Below are positions 29,571 through 38,115 of a stretch of DNA of 64,000 nucleotides, piece by piece. Within the stretch, counting starts at the first letter, position 1. Every line of letters begins with the position of its first letter. This stretch comes from an uncultured Bacteroides sp. (GTDB lineage: Bacteria > Bacteroidota > Bacteroidia > Bacteroidales > Bacteroidaceae), in assembly GCA_949288715.1 (NCBI GenBank), contig CASELH010000032.1, forward strand, positions 9,817 through 73,816. Direction: 5' to 3'. The notes below the pieces were generated by a model. It worked only from the letters and a program-made list of their open reading frames with translations, did not search any database and was not told where the DNA came from. A program made the position numbers and the translations under genes.

Positions 29571-30419
29571 ATGGCACGATTCATCAACCCCTTCACCGAT
29601 GTGGGCTTCAAGCGCATCTTCGGGCAGGAAATCAACAAAGACCTGCTGATAGACTTTCTCAACAGCCTGCTGGCAGGGGAAAAGCACATTACGGATATCC
29701 GCTTCTTGGACAAAGAACTCTTGGGCAATACGGTAGAAGACCGCTCTTGCATCTACGACGTTTACTGCACAAACCAAGACGGGGAGCAGTTCATCGTGGA
29801 AATGCAAAACCGGAGCCAGCAGAACTTCCGGGAACGGGCTCTGTTTTACCTTTCGCAAGCCATTGCGAGGCAAGGGGAACGGGGAGCAGCTTGGCGCTTC
29901 GAGCTGAAAGCTGTCTATGGCATCTTCTTCATGAACTTCCGTTTGGACAGCATGGCGGACAAGCTGCGCACAGATGTTGTGCTCGCCGATCGCGACACGC
30001 ACGAACAGTTTACTGACAAAATACGTTATGTATTCCTACAACTCCCTTCTTTTCACAAAGAAGAAGCAGAATGCGAGACTGATTTTGAGCGTTGGATTTA
30101 TGTACTGAAAAATATGGAAACACTGAATAGATTACCTTTCAAAGCCCGGAAATCCGTATTCAAGCGTTTGGAAGACATTGTGGACATTGCATCGCTCTCC
30201 AAGGAAGATCGGATTAAATATGATGAAAGCATAAAAGTGTATCGGGACAATCTCGTCACCGAAGCCTATGCCATCGAAAAAGGTCTTGCCCAAGGACGAG
30301 CACAAGGTCTTGCCCAAGGGCGTGCCGAGACAGCACGCAATCTGAAAAGAATGGGCATGGACACACCTTTTATAGCTCAGGCTACTGGTCTTACTGCCGA
30401 AGAAATAGAAACTCTGTGA
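29571..30419 (+). CDS. Rpn family recombination-promoting nuclease / putative transposase (PD-(D/E)XK)
   Basis: FINPFTDVGFKRIFG, IYDVYC, FIVEMQN, FRERALFY; C-terminal GLAQGRAQGLAQGRAE...IAQATGLTAEEI. Confidence 0.92.
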   Translation: MARFINPFTDVGFKRIFGQEINKDLLIDFLNSLLAGEKHITDIRFLDKELLGNTVEDRSCIYDVYCTNQDGEQFIVEMQNRSQQNFRERALFYLSQAIARQGERGAAWRFELKAVYGIFFMNFRLDSMADKLRTDVVLADRDTHEQFTDKIRYVFLQLPSFHKEEAECETDFERWIYVLKNMETLNRLPFKARKSVFKRLEDIVDIASLSKEDRIKYDESIKVYRDNLVTEAYAIEKGLAQGRAQGLAQGRAETARNLKRMGMDTPFIAQATGLTAEEIETL

Positions 30420-30446
30420 CACGGATTTCTCAAAAATCGGCGGGAT

Positions 30447-30492
30447 AAGACCATTTCTCCTCCCCAGCGGGACACTGCGCCTTCCCGCCCTT
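30447..30492 (+). repeat. 46-bp direct repeat, right copy
   Basis: aagaccatttctcctccccagcgggacactgcgccttcccgccctt, followed 5 bp later by TATCTTTG. Confidence 0.9.
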
Positions 30493-30543
30493 GCCTTATC
30501 TTTGTCCGTTACATAGCGCAATGATAAAAAACAGGTAAGGATT

Positions 30544-31227
30544 ATGGGAAAAGAAACTTCTGAACGGATACAGACTTCGCTGCTGAACAGCGCGGAAAAG
30601 AAAGCCTTGGTGTGGCTGGCTGCACGCCAGCCCCGGTGGATGACGTCGGACATGCTGACGTGGTTCGGCGTGCTGGGCACGGTGGTTTATATGGTGGGCG
30701 GCATCCTCTCCAACGGCAATGTGCTGTGGTTGTGGCTGGCTTCCTTTGGGCTGGTGATGCACTGGTATGGCGACAGCCTCGACGGCACGCTGGCACGGGT
30801 GAGGAACACGCAGCGCCCTGTGTACGGCTTCTTCATCGACCACTCGCTGGACGCGGTGACTACGTGCATGATATTCTTCGGCGCGGGCTTCTCGCCGCTG
30901 CTGCGCATGGACGTGGCGCTGGCGGCACTGGCGGGCTACCTCTGCCTGTCCATCTACACCTACGTGTGCACCATTGTGAAGGGCGAGTTCCGCCTCACCT
31001 ACGGCAAGCTGGGGCCTACGGAGTTCCGCCTGCTGCTCATCTTGCTGAACGTGCTCTACATGTACACACCGTGGGGCGAATGGCATTGCGAAGTATTGGG
31101 CGGCTTGTGGAGCGCGTTCGACCTGGTGGGCGCAGTGGTGGCCGTGGTGTTGTTCGTCATCTTCTTCGCACAGTTTGCTGCCGACCGGCGCGCCCTTTCC
31201 AAGCAAGACCCGCTGAAGCGTTCCTGA
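30544..31227 (+). CDS. CDP-alcohol phosphatidyltransferase family protein
   Basis: DSLDGTLAR..R..YGFFIDHSLD matches the CDP-alcohol phosphotransferase motif. Confidence 0.9.
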   Translation: MGKETSERIQTSLLNSAEKKALVWLAARQPRWMTSDMLTWFGVLGTVVYMVGGILSNGNVLWLWLASFGLVMHWYGDSLDGTLARVRNTQRPVYGFFIDHSLDAVTTCMIFFGAGFSPLLRMDVALAALAGYLCLSIYTYVCTIVKGEFRLTYGKLGPTEFRLLLILLNVLYMYTPWGEWHCEVLGGLWSAFDLVGAVVAVVLFVIFFAQFAADRRALSKQDPLKRS

Positions 31228-31250
31228 CGACGGAAAGGCTGCTCTTGAGT

Positions 31251-31323
31251 GATTAGCGTTTAGTGTTTAGTGATTAATGCCATGCGGACAGGCATATTAA
31301 TCACTAAACACTAAACGCTAATC
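31251..31323. repeat. Heptamer palindrome, perfect 28-bp arms
   Basis: gattagcgtttagtgtttagtgattaat / attaatcactaaacactaaacgctaatc with spacer gccatgcggacaggcat; between convergent genes. Confidence 0.85.
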
Positions 31324-31327
31324 TTTT

Positions 31328-33886
31328 TTAGAACGACATGCGGAAGGTGAGGCGCACGCCCCGCGTCTGTATGTTAGGGTGGTGGCGGTAGTTCAGCCGC
31401 CACACGTAGTCTATGCGCATCACCTTGAAGATGTTCTCAATGCCTACGCCCGCCTCCATGTAGGGGGTGCGGCGCATGGTGTACGTCCCTTCGGGGAAGG
31501 CAAAGAGCCCCTCGCCCTGCTTCATGGGGTTGTTCTTGTCCGTGAGGTGGCCCCACAGGCCGCGGAAGGTGAACACTTCGCGCCATTGCAGCTTCTTGAT
31601 GAGGGGGATGCGGTTCAGCAGCTGGCCGTTCATGTAGTAGGTCACGTCCCACGAAGCATACTCGTCGTTGATGAACTCCATGGCGTTCATGTTGGTGTAC
31701 GACTCGGGCTGTATGGTGTACGTCAGGTTGGCGTTGGGGATGATGAGCAGCGGGTAGGGCACCTTGTTCCACACCTTGCCTGCTTTGAGGATGACGTCCA
31801 GGTAGCCGAAGGCCGAGAACCAGAAGCGCTTCTGCATGCCCACGTCCGTGTGGTGGTAGTTGTAGTCCGAGCCCAGCAGCCCCTTCTTGGCCATGACGTG
31901 GCTTAGGTTGAAGATGAAGGCGTCGAAGGTGATGGGGATGCGCTGCGTGTGCGTCTGGTAGAACTTCTCGTTCCGGGCGTAGCGGAAGCGCAGTTCCAGC
32001 TCCGTCATGTCGTAGCGGCCCACAGGGGTGGTGGTGCCGTCGGCGTTGAGGCGGTCGAAACGGGCGTAGGGCGTGGCATATTCGCGCAGGTTGCGCACGA
32101 TGACGTTGTACGAGATGCCGTTGTAGTGCTCGCGCGTGTACGTCAGCTCGGCCTTGCGCAGGTAGGTGGCGCGGGTGTCCTTCTTGCGACGGATGGCGAG
32201 CATGATGTTGTCCTTGCTGGTGTACATGTAGTCTTGTCCCAGCTTATTGATGTCGTACATGTACTCCAGGCTGAGCGAGTGGCGGGGGAACTCGCGCAGA
32301 AAGTCCTTACGGTCGTTGAAGGAGTACTCCACAAGGGCGTCGTACTTCATCTTCTTATCCTTGGTGCCGTAGGCGGCATATCCCTCGATAAACAAGTTCT
32401 TATGGAAGACGGGCGTAGTGGCTCCGCCCAGGCGGAAGCGTGCGCCCTCGATGGCGTTGCCGTTGATGACGGAGTTCACCGGCCCGAAGTCAAACTTGTT
32501 GCGCTTGGGGTCTTTGCAGGTGGCCACGTAGCCGGAGAGGATGGCGGTGAACACCTTCTCGGTGATGGCGAACGCGGGCACGGAGCGCAGGCGCGTCATC
32601 AGCGTGCTGACGGAGTTGGGGTTCTTCTTCACGGCTTCGGGCGGACGGATGGCGGCCCAGTATTCCTCGGGGCGGTCGTAGGCGTTCTGCTCGGCAATGA
32701 CGGGTGCGCTCTCGTCGAAGATGCGGGCTTGCGAGGGCTCGGGCTTCTCGAACGAATGGTTGCTGTACACCACCAGCCGCCGGGCGTACATGCCTTTCGA
32801 CTTTTCGGTGAGCTTGAAGTTGAGGCTCATGTCGTCCTTGGTGATGAGGCGGGTGCCGTCGGGCAGGCGCTCGTAGGTCTGGTCGATGGCCATGCGCGAC
32901 ACGAAGTTCAGGTTGATGTCCTGCGGCACGTTCATCCGGGCGCGCTGCACGAAGTAGGTGGAGTCCAGTCGCACGAACAGGTGCCCGGTGAAGCCGAACG
33001 ACTCCGAACTGAAGGGCACGAAGCCCAGGTCCACACACCGGTGCCCGTCTACCTGGAGCGTGTCCATCAGGTAGTACTTGTAGAAGGTGGGTCCCAGCGT
33101 GGAGAGGGGGCTGACGAAGCGTTGCAGAAACAGGGGGATGTTGTTCTGGAAGATGTCCACCTCCTGCAGCGTCTCGTCGAGGAATTGCTGCACGCCGTCG
33201 CGCGAAGCCAGCACCTCGTCCAGCCCGGCGGAGTGGCTGCCCTCCAGCAGGCTGCGCTCGGCGTGCGGGTCGCGGCGGTAGAAGACGCGTTCTTTCCGCT
33301 CCTTCTCGGACAGGGGCAGGATGGTGGTGCCCGCGTCGAGCGTGTCGACAAACTCGGTGAGGAAGTCGAACTTGCCCGTCTTGCCGTCGGTGCGCGGCTT
33401 GGGCTGGTAGTCGTTTCGGGCGATGGTTATCTTCTCGTAGTGGTCGTAACTGTAGTAGTCGTGCTGGCGGGGGTCGTTGGCGTCGCGCATCTCAATGACG
33501 CGGCGTACGAAGGCCACGGCGGGATTGTCGCGCCGGCGGTAGCGTTCGCGCTTGGGCTCGATGACCACCTCCTGCAGCGTCAGTCCGTCTTGCACCAGGC
33601 GTATGTCGAGGGTGGTGGTGCGTCCGGCGCGGATGGGGATGCGCTTTGTGGCGTAGCCCAGGTAAGACACCTCCAGCACCTTGCCCGGCGTGGAGGTGGT
33701 GAGGGTGAAGCTGCCGTCGTCCGCCGTGCTGGTGCCTATGGTGGTGCCGGGGAAGGCGAGGGCCACGTAGGGCAGCCGTTCGCCCGTCAGCGAGTCGGTC
33801 ACCACGCCGCGCAGGGTGGTCTGCTGCGCCATGGCTGCTGCCGCAAGGAGGAGCAGGGTGAGAAACATGAGTATCTTTTTCGTCAT
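31328..33886 (-). CDS. Outer membrane protein, carboxypeptidase-regulatory-like N-terminus plus DUF5686 barrel
   Basis: LRGVVTDSLTGERLPY..GTSTADDGSF..VSYLGY; C-terminal EAGVGIENIFKVMRIDYVWR...RMSF. Confidence 0.85.
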   Translation of the reverse strand: MTKKILMFLTLLLLAAAAMAQQTTLRGVVTDSLTGERLPYVALAFPGTTIGTSTADDGSFTLTTSTPGKVLEVSYLGYATKRIPIRAGRTTTLDIRLVQDGLTLQEVVIEPKRERYRRRDNPAVAFVRRVIEMRDANDPRQHDYYSYDHYEKITIARNDYQPKPRTDGKTGKFDFLTEFVDTLDAGTTILPLSEKERKERVFYRRDPHAERSLLEGSHSAGLDEVLASRDGVQQFLDETLQEVDIFQNNIPLFLQRFVSPLSTLGPTFYKYYLMDTLQVDGHRCVDLGFVPFSSESFGFTGHLFVRLDSTYFVQRARMNVPQDINLNFVSRMAIDQTYERLPDGTRLITKDDMSLNFKLTEKSKGMYARRLVVYSNHSFEKPEPSQARIFDESAPVIAEQNAYDRPEEYWAAIRPPEAVKKNPNSVSTLMTRLRSVPAFAITEKVFTAILSGYVATCKDPKRNKFDFGPVNSVINGNAIEGARFRLGGATTPVFHKNLFIEGYAAYGTKDKKMKYDALVEYSFNDRKDFLREFPRHSLSLEYMYDINKLGQDYMYTSKDNIMLAIRRKKDTRATYLRKAELTYTREHYNGISYNVIVRNLREYATPYARFDRLNADGTTTPVGRYDMTELELRFRYARNEKFYQTHTQRIPITFDAFIFNLSHVMAKKGLLGSDYNYHHTDVGMQKRFWFSAFGYLDVILKAGKVWNKVPYPLLIIPNANLTYTIQPESYTNMNAMEFINDEYASWDVTYYMNGQLLNRIPLIKKLQWREVFTFRGLWGHLTDKNNPMKQGEGLFAFPEGTYTMRRTPYMEAGVGIENIFKVMRIDYVWRLNYRHHPNIQTRGVRLTFRMSF

Positions 33887-33945
33887 AGTCCTTGGTCTTT
33901 TTAGTATTCGGTTATCCCCCGCGTAAGGGGCTTATAATGAGCGGT

Positions 33946-34010
33946 TGGTGGCGTTCCAACGCCAGCGCGGTAGTGTTCCAACGCCCGCTCGGTGGTGTTC
34001 CAACGCCAGC
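33946..34010. repeat. 22-bp tandem palindromic repeat family, copy A (3 units)
   Basis: gttccaacgcc at 33953, 33975, 33997. Confidence 0.8.
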
Positions 34011-34019
34011 ATGGCGGGC

Positions 34020-34442
34020 TTAGAGGCCCAGCCAGCGCGCCTTCCAGCGGCGGAAGTAGTCGGGCTCGTCCACCATCAGCTGGCCCTGCGGGTCGATGAA
34101 CAGCTGCACGGTGTGGGCCTCGGCGCACAGGGTGTGGTCGGCAGCGCGGTAGATGTGGTACTCGTAGTCCAGCCTGGCGCCGGGCCGGGGCACGTAGCGC
34201 GTATGCACCTCGGCCACGTCGTTCAGCCGCAAGGGGGCGCGGTACGTCAGGTGCAGGTCGTACAGTGGCGCGTAGATGCCCGCCTGCTGCATGTCGGCGT
34301 AGCCTATGCCCGGGTAGCGCCGGCCGAACGACTCGCGCCCGTCTTCCAGGTAGCGGATGTACGAGCCGTGCCAGGCGCACCGCATGGAGTCTATTTCGCT
34401 GAAGCGCACGGGGGTGTGGCAGATGTCTTCCAGTGTGTTCAT
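34020..34442 (-). CDS. Acyl-CoA/ACP thioesterase (4HBT/YbgC-like)
   Basis: VRFSEIDSMRCAWHGSYIRYLEDGRE; start overlaps the fabG stop. Confidence 0.85.
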   Translation of the reverse strand: MNTLEDICHTPVRFSEIDSMRCAWHGSYIRYLEDGRESFGRRYPGIGYADMQQAGIYAPLYDLHLTYRAPLRLNDVAEVHTRYVPRPGARLDYEYHIYRAADHTLCAEAHTVQLFIDPQGQLMVDEPDYFRRWKARWLGL

Positions 34443-35170
34443 GTGTACAGCCCCCCGTCTATGGCAACGACGTTGCCGGTGATGTAGCCCGCGTCGGGCG
34501 AAGCCAGGAAGCCCACGAGGCGGGCCACCTCCTCCGGCCGGCCGAAGCGCTGGGCGGGGATGGTGCGGCGCAGAGCCTCCTGGTCCAGCCCCTCCACCAT
34601 GTCGGTCTGGATGAAGCCGGGCGCCACGGCGTTCACGGTGACGTTCTTGCGGGCCACCTCCTGCGCCAGGGCCTTGGTGGCGGCTATGATGCCCCCCTTG
34701 GCTGCAGAGTAGTTGGCCTGCCCGGGCATGCCCTTCAGCCCGCTCACGCTGGCCAGGCTGACGATGCGTCCGTACTTGTGGCGCAACATGGGCTGCAGCA
34801 GCGGCTGGGTGACGTTGTAGAAGCCGCCCAGCGAGGTGTCGAGCACGCTGTCCCAATCCTCGTCGGGCATAAAGACCATGAGGTTGTCGCGGCGGATGCC
34901 TGCGTTGTTCACCAGCACTTCTATGTATTCCTCGGGGTGGGCTTCCATCCAGGCGTCGAGCACCTTGCGCGTCTGCGCGCGGTTGCTTACGTCGAATTGC
35001 AGCACCTCGCCGTCCTGTCCGGCTTGGCGCACTTGGTCGAGGGTTTTCTCCGCCTCGGCGGTGTTGCTCACGCAGTTCACGAGCACGTGGTAGTCCATCT
35101 CCGCCAGCCTGACGCAGATGGCGCGGCCTATTCCCCGGCTGCCTCCGGTTACTAATGCGTACTTTGTCAT
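34439..35170 (-). CDS. fabG: 3-oxoacyl-ACP reductase
   Basis: VTGGSRGIG, NNAGI, YSAAK, VNAVAPGFIQTDM. Confidence 0.9.
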   Translation of the reverse strand: MTKYALVTGGSRGIGRAICVRLAEMDYHVLVNCVSNTAEAEKTLDQVRQAGQDGEVLQFDVSNRAQTRKVLDAWMEAHPEEYIEVLVNNAGIRRDNLMVFMPDEDWDSVLDTSLGGFYNVTQPLLQPMLRHKYGRIVSLASVSGLKGMPGQANYSAAKGGIIAATKALAQEVARKNVTVNAVAPGFIQTDMVEGLDQEALRRTIPAQRFGRPEEVARLVGFLASPDAGYITGNVVAIDGGLYT

Positions 35171-35227
35171 GTTGTCTTGTCTTTTATATGTAAAGTGATA
35201 ATTTATCTCACTGAGTTATGCAGCCTG

Positions 35228-35350
35228 ATTCTTCGTCCGCAGATGACGCGGGTGACGCAGATTTTATATCTTTTTCTGCTTATGATAAGCACGTAGTGGG
35301 CGAAGCCCCTTGAGAATCCGTGTTATCCGTGCCATCTGCGGATGAAGAAT
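35228..35350. repeat. 9-bp-unit palindromic element
   Basis: attcttcgtccgcagatgacgcgggtgacgcagatt ... aatccgtgttatccgtgccatctgcggatgaagaat. Confidence 0.75.
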
Positions 35351-35368
35351 AAACGCGCGCATAACTTC

Positions 35369-36859
35369 CTATTTTTCCTCCTTTATTATCTTCCAAATCC
35401 GTTCCCGTCCCAGCAGCGCGGCGCAAGTAAAGAGCGCCGTCATCGTCATCCCGTGCACGCCGTGTAGCATCAGGCTCTGCCCGGTAAGGAGCAGGTTGTC
35501 GATGGGCGTGCGCACGGAGAGCAGGGTGCCCAGCGCATTGCCGCAATCCTTGCGCACGCCGTAGGCCGAGCCTTGGGGCGTGCCCGTGTAGTCGCGGTAG
35601 GTCAGTGGGCTGCTGGTGTAGATGTGCTCCACGGCGTCGCGCAGTCCCGGCACCACCTGTCCGGCCAAGGCGATGCACTCGTCGGCCAGCCGTGCCTTCA
35701 GGGCCTGGTAGTCTTCGCCCCGGTGACTCACGCGGGTGTCTTGCCACGGGCGGCACTGTTGCCACGGCAGGGGGGTGAGCAGGTCTATCTGTCGGGCATA
35801 GGGGCCGCCGTCTTCGGGCGCCCGGCAACTTACCAGTACGCCGCCCACGGGGCCTTCCGTCCGGCCGCATGTCCATACGCCGGGCCGCGCGTAGACGTAA
35901 TGGTTGTGGTTGAAGTACTCCACCGCCTGCGGCTTCAGCACGAGCGACGTGGTGAACATGCCGCAAGTGTTCTGTAGCGCAGCCATGCGTCGGCGGTAGG
36001 CGGGCCGCAACAGCTGGCCGGGCTCCACCAGGGCGCAGGTCGTGGCAGGGTGCAGGCTGCTTATGAAGTGGCTTGCCTCGTACTCCTCACCGTTGGCGCA
36101 GCGGGCTGAGGCCAGCCTTCCGCCGTGTCCGGCCAGCGCGGTGACCTGTGCGTTGCACAGCACCTCGCCGCCTTGTGCCCGGATGCCGCGCACCAGCGTG
36201 TCCGCCAGTTGCGAAGCACCGCCCTTCAGCCGCCAGCTGCTCTCGAGGTAGCTGCTGTGCCCGTGGGCGAAGGTGAACAGCGGCAGCGTCTCTTGGCGCA
36301 GCTCCATCTTCAGCGCGGCGCCGCTCAGCACGTCGATGAGCAGCGGGTCGCGGAAGGTGGCGTGCAGGTACTGCCAGGCGTTGGTCTCCATCAGGTACTC
36401 GGTGAACGAGGCATCGGCCTCCCTGTTGTTGGCCAGGAGGTCCAGTTCGTGGGCCGAGGCTTGCTGCAGCAGGCGGGCGTATTGCCCGAGGGCGGCGCGC
36501 TCGGCAGGGAAGTCATCGGCCAGCGTTTGCACGAAGCGGTCGTAGCCTTGCGCGAAAGCAAAGGTGCGCCCGCCGATGGTCACCCGGTCGAACAGCTCGT
36601 CCATCCGCACCCAAGGCAATGCCGTCAGCCCCAGGTGGCGGAACACGGCGTGCATGGGCGTGCCCTCGTTTAGCCCCCCAATGTAGTGGAAGCCGGTGTC
36701 GAAGTCCAGCCCGTGCCTGCGGTACGTCTGCAGGCAGCCGCCCGGCTGCGCGCCTTGCTCCAGCACCAGCACGTCCAGCCCGGCGCGGGACAGAATGCCG
36801 GCGCAGAGCAGTCCGCCCAGTCCGCTGCCTACGATGATGACGTCATGCCTGCCGCTCAT
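35369..36859 (-). CDS. FAD-dependent oxidoreductase, phytoene-dehydrogenase-like
   Basis: IIVGSGLGG, LEQGAQPGG, FDTGFHY, SSPLTYRDY..GSAYG, LLLTGQ. Confidence 0.87.
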   Translation of the reverse strand: MSGRHDVIIVGSGLGGLLCAGILSRAGLDVLVLEQGAQPGGCLQTYRRHGLDFDTGFHYIGGLNEGTPMHAVFRHLGLTALPWVRMDELFDRVTIGGRTFAFAQGYDRFVQTLADDFPAERAALGQYARLLQQASAHELDLLANNREADASFTEYLMETNAWQYLHATFRDPLLIDVLSGAALKMELRQETLPLFTFAHGHSSYLESSWRLKGGASQLADTLVRGIRAQGGEVLCNAQVTALAGHGGRLASARCANGEEYEASHFISSLHPATTCALVEPGQLLRPAYRRRMAALQNTCGMFTTSLVLKPQAVEYFNHNHYVYARPGVWTCGRTEGPVGGVLVSCRAPEDGGPYARQIDLLTPLPWQQCRPWQDTRVSHRGEDYQALKARLADECIALAGQVVPGLRDAVEHIYTSSPLTYRDYTGTPQGSAYGVRKDCGNALGTLLSVRTPIDNLLLTGQSLMLHGVHGMTMTALFTCAALLGRERIWKIIKEEK

Positions 36860-37217
36860 GCATCTCCCCCTTGAAGTCCAGGTAAGTGGTGCTGCCTGCG
36901 GCAATGCGGGCGGTGACGGCGTACCCCTCCGCCAGAGGCTCGGCGCGCAGGCTGATGTCCACCCACGGGCAGCGCCCGGGCGAGGCCACGGCGGTGAAGC
37001 GGCATTGCCTGATGGCGGTGATGGTGAGCCTCCGGCCCGTCAGTACCTCGGCACACTCTTTCAGCATCTGCACGTTGCACACGCCGGGGCACACGGGTTT
37101 GCCCGGGAAGTGCCCCCGATACACGTCGCAGTCCGGCAGGAGGTCCACGCGGAAGGTGGTCTCTCCCTCTTCCGTGCTCCAACCGTCTATCTTGTAGTAA
37201 TGTCCTCTCAGTAGCAT
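36843..37217 (-). CDS. 3-hydroxyacyl-ACP dehydratase (FabZ/ApeI-like)
   Basis: VYRGHFPGKPVCPGVC hotdog motif. Confidence 0.82.
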   Translation of the reverse strand: MLLRGHYYKIDGWSTEEGETTFRVDLLPDCDVYRGHFPGKPVCPGVCNVQMLKECAEVLTGRRLTITAIRQCRFTAVASPGRCPWVDISLRAEPLAEGYAVTARIAAGSTTYLDFKGEMHERQA

Positions 37218-37240
37218 GGCTGTGTAGTGTTGTGTGTGGG

Positions 37241-37669
37241 TTATGCGATGAATATCTTCATTTGCGTCGTGGCCACCGTCTGGTCTGCGGCTTGTGTCTC
37301 GCCGGTGAGCAGGCTGACGCCGCCCGTCTCCGCGCCGAGGGTGACGGTGGTGACGAGCGTTTCGCCCGTCTGCGGACGGCGCACGAGGCGGAACCGCTTC
37401 ACCTCGCCGATGTAGCCCACGGGCGGACGGGGGGCTTCTTGCGCCAGTGCCTTGTAGCCGGCCAAGGCGGAGGCCGACTGGGCGATGTGCTCTATCAGCC
37501 CCACTTCGTCCAGGCAGCCGTCTTCGTCGATGAAGAAGTTGTCCGGGCGGACGGTGAGGCAGGTGCGTGCCGTGTCGTCCTGCGCCTCCAGCAGGCGGTC
37601 CACCATGAGGATGGGGGCGCGCTGCGGGATGAGGCGGTCGATGGGGGGATACTGTGTGCCGTCCGTCAT
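37241..37669 (-). CDS. Hotdog-fold dehydratase (ApeP-like)
   Basis: LIPQRAPILMVDRL, GLIEHIAQSA, GYIGEVK. Confidence 0.8.
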   Translation of the reverse strand: MTDGTQYPPIDRLIPQRAPILMVDRLLEAQDDTARTCLTVRPDNFFIDEDGCLDEVGLIEHIAQSASALAGYKALAQEAPRPPVGYIGEVKRFRLVRRPQTGETLVTTVTLGAETGGVSLLTGETQAADQTVATTQMKIFIA

Positions 37670-37914
37670 GCCTGTGCCGCGTGGGATAGGATGTAGTCGT
37701 ACAGGTTGTCGAACGTCTGGATGGTCTTCAGCTCGCTGACGGGTATCTTAATCTTGTACGTCTGCTGGATGACGGCCACTAGGTCCACCAGGCTCAGGCT
37801 GTCCAGCGAGAGGGTTTCCTTGATGTTGGCGTCGGGGGCGAAGTTGGCTTCGTCCACTTCAAATTCTTCTGCCAGAAGGGCATTTACTTTCTCTACGATT
37901 TCTTCGCGTGTCAT
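37666..37914 (-). CDS. Acyl carrier protein
   Basis: Acidic 82 aa; LSLDSLSLVDL phosphopantetheine site. Confidence 0.9.
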   Translation of the reverse strand: MTREEIVEKVNALLAEEFEVDEANFAPDANIKETLSLDSLSLVDLVAVIQQTYKIKIPVSELKTIQTFDNLYDYILSHAAQA

Positions 37915-38009
37915 GATGGTTTATGTTTTTAGTAGGGCCCGCCGTCTCGCTCCCTTCCGGGGAGAGGGGGATGCCCCGTAGTTAATATTCGGTTTATTAT
38001 CAGCGCGTT

Positions 38010-38100
38010 GCCAGCGTAGGAACGCCCGCTTCCTGGCGTAGGAACGCTACCGACCTGGCGTAGGAAGGCTACCGCGCTGGGGTAGGAAGGCTGGCTTCCG
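38010..38100. repeat. 22-bp tandem repeat family, copy B (4 units)
   Basis: gtagga at 38016, 38038, 38060, 38082. Confidence 0.8.
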
Positions 38101-38115
38101 GCTTCTGCTTCCTCC

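Noticed and set aside
29571-30419. Calling the Rpn gene an IS element
   Set aside because: No terminal inverted repeats or DDE motif; transposase activity of this family is unproven, so it is reported as a CDS with flanking direct repeats.
31379-33904. Long antisense/shadow ORFs (e.g. 651 aa at 31949+, 810 aa at 57016-, 781 aa at 44836-, 580-aa extended start at 27707)
   Set aside because: They overlap well-supported genes, lack motifs, and are expected from GC-rich codon bias.
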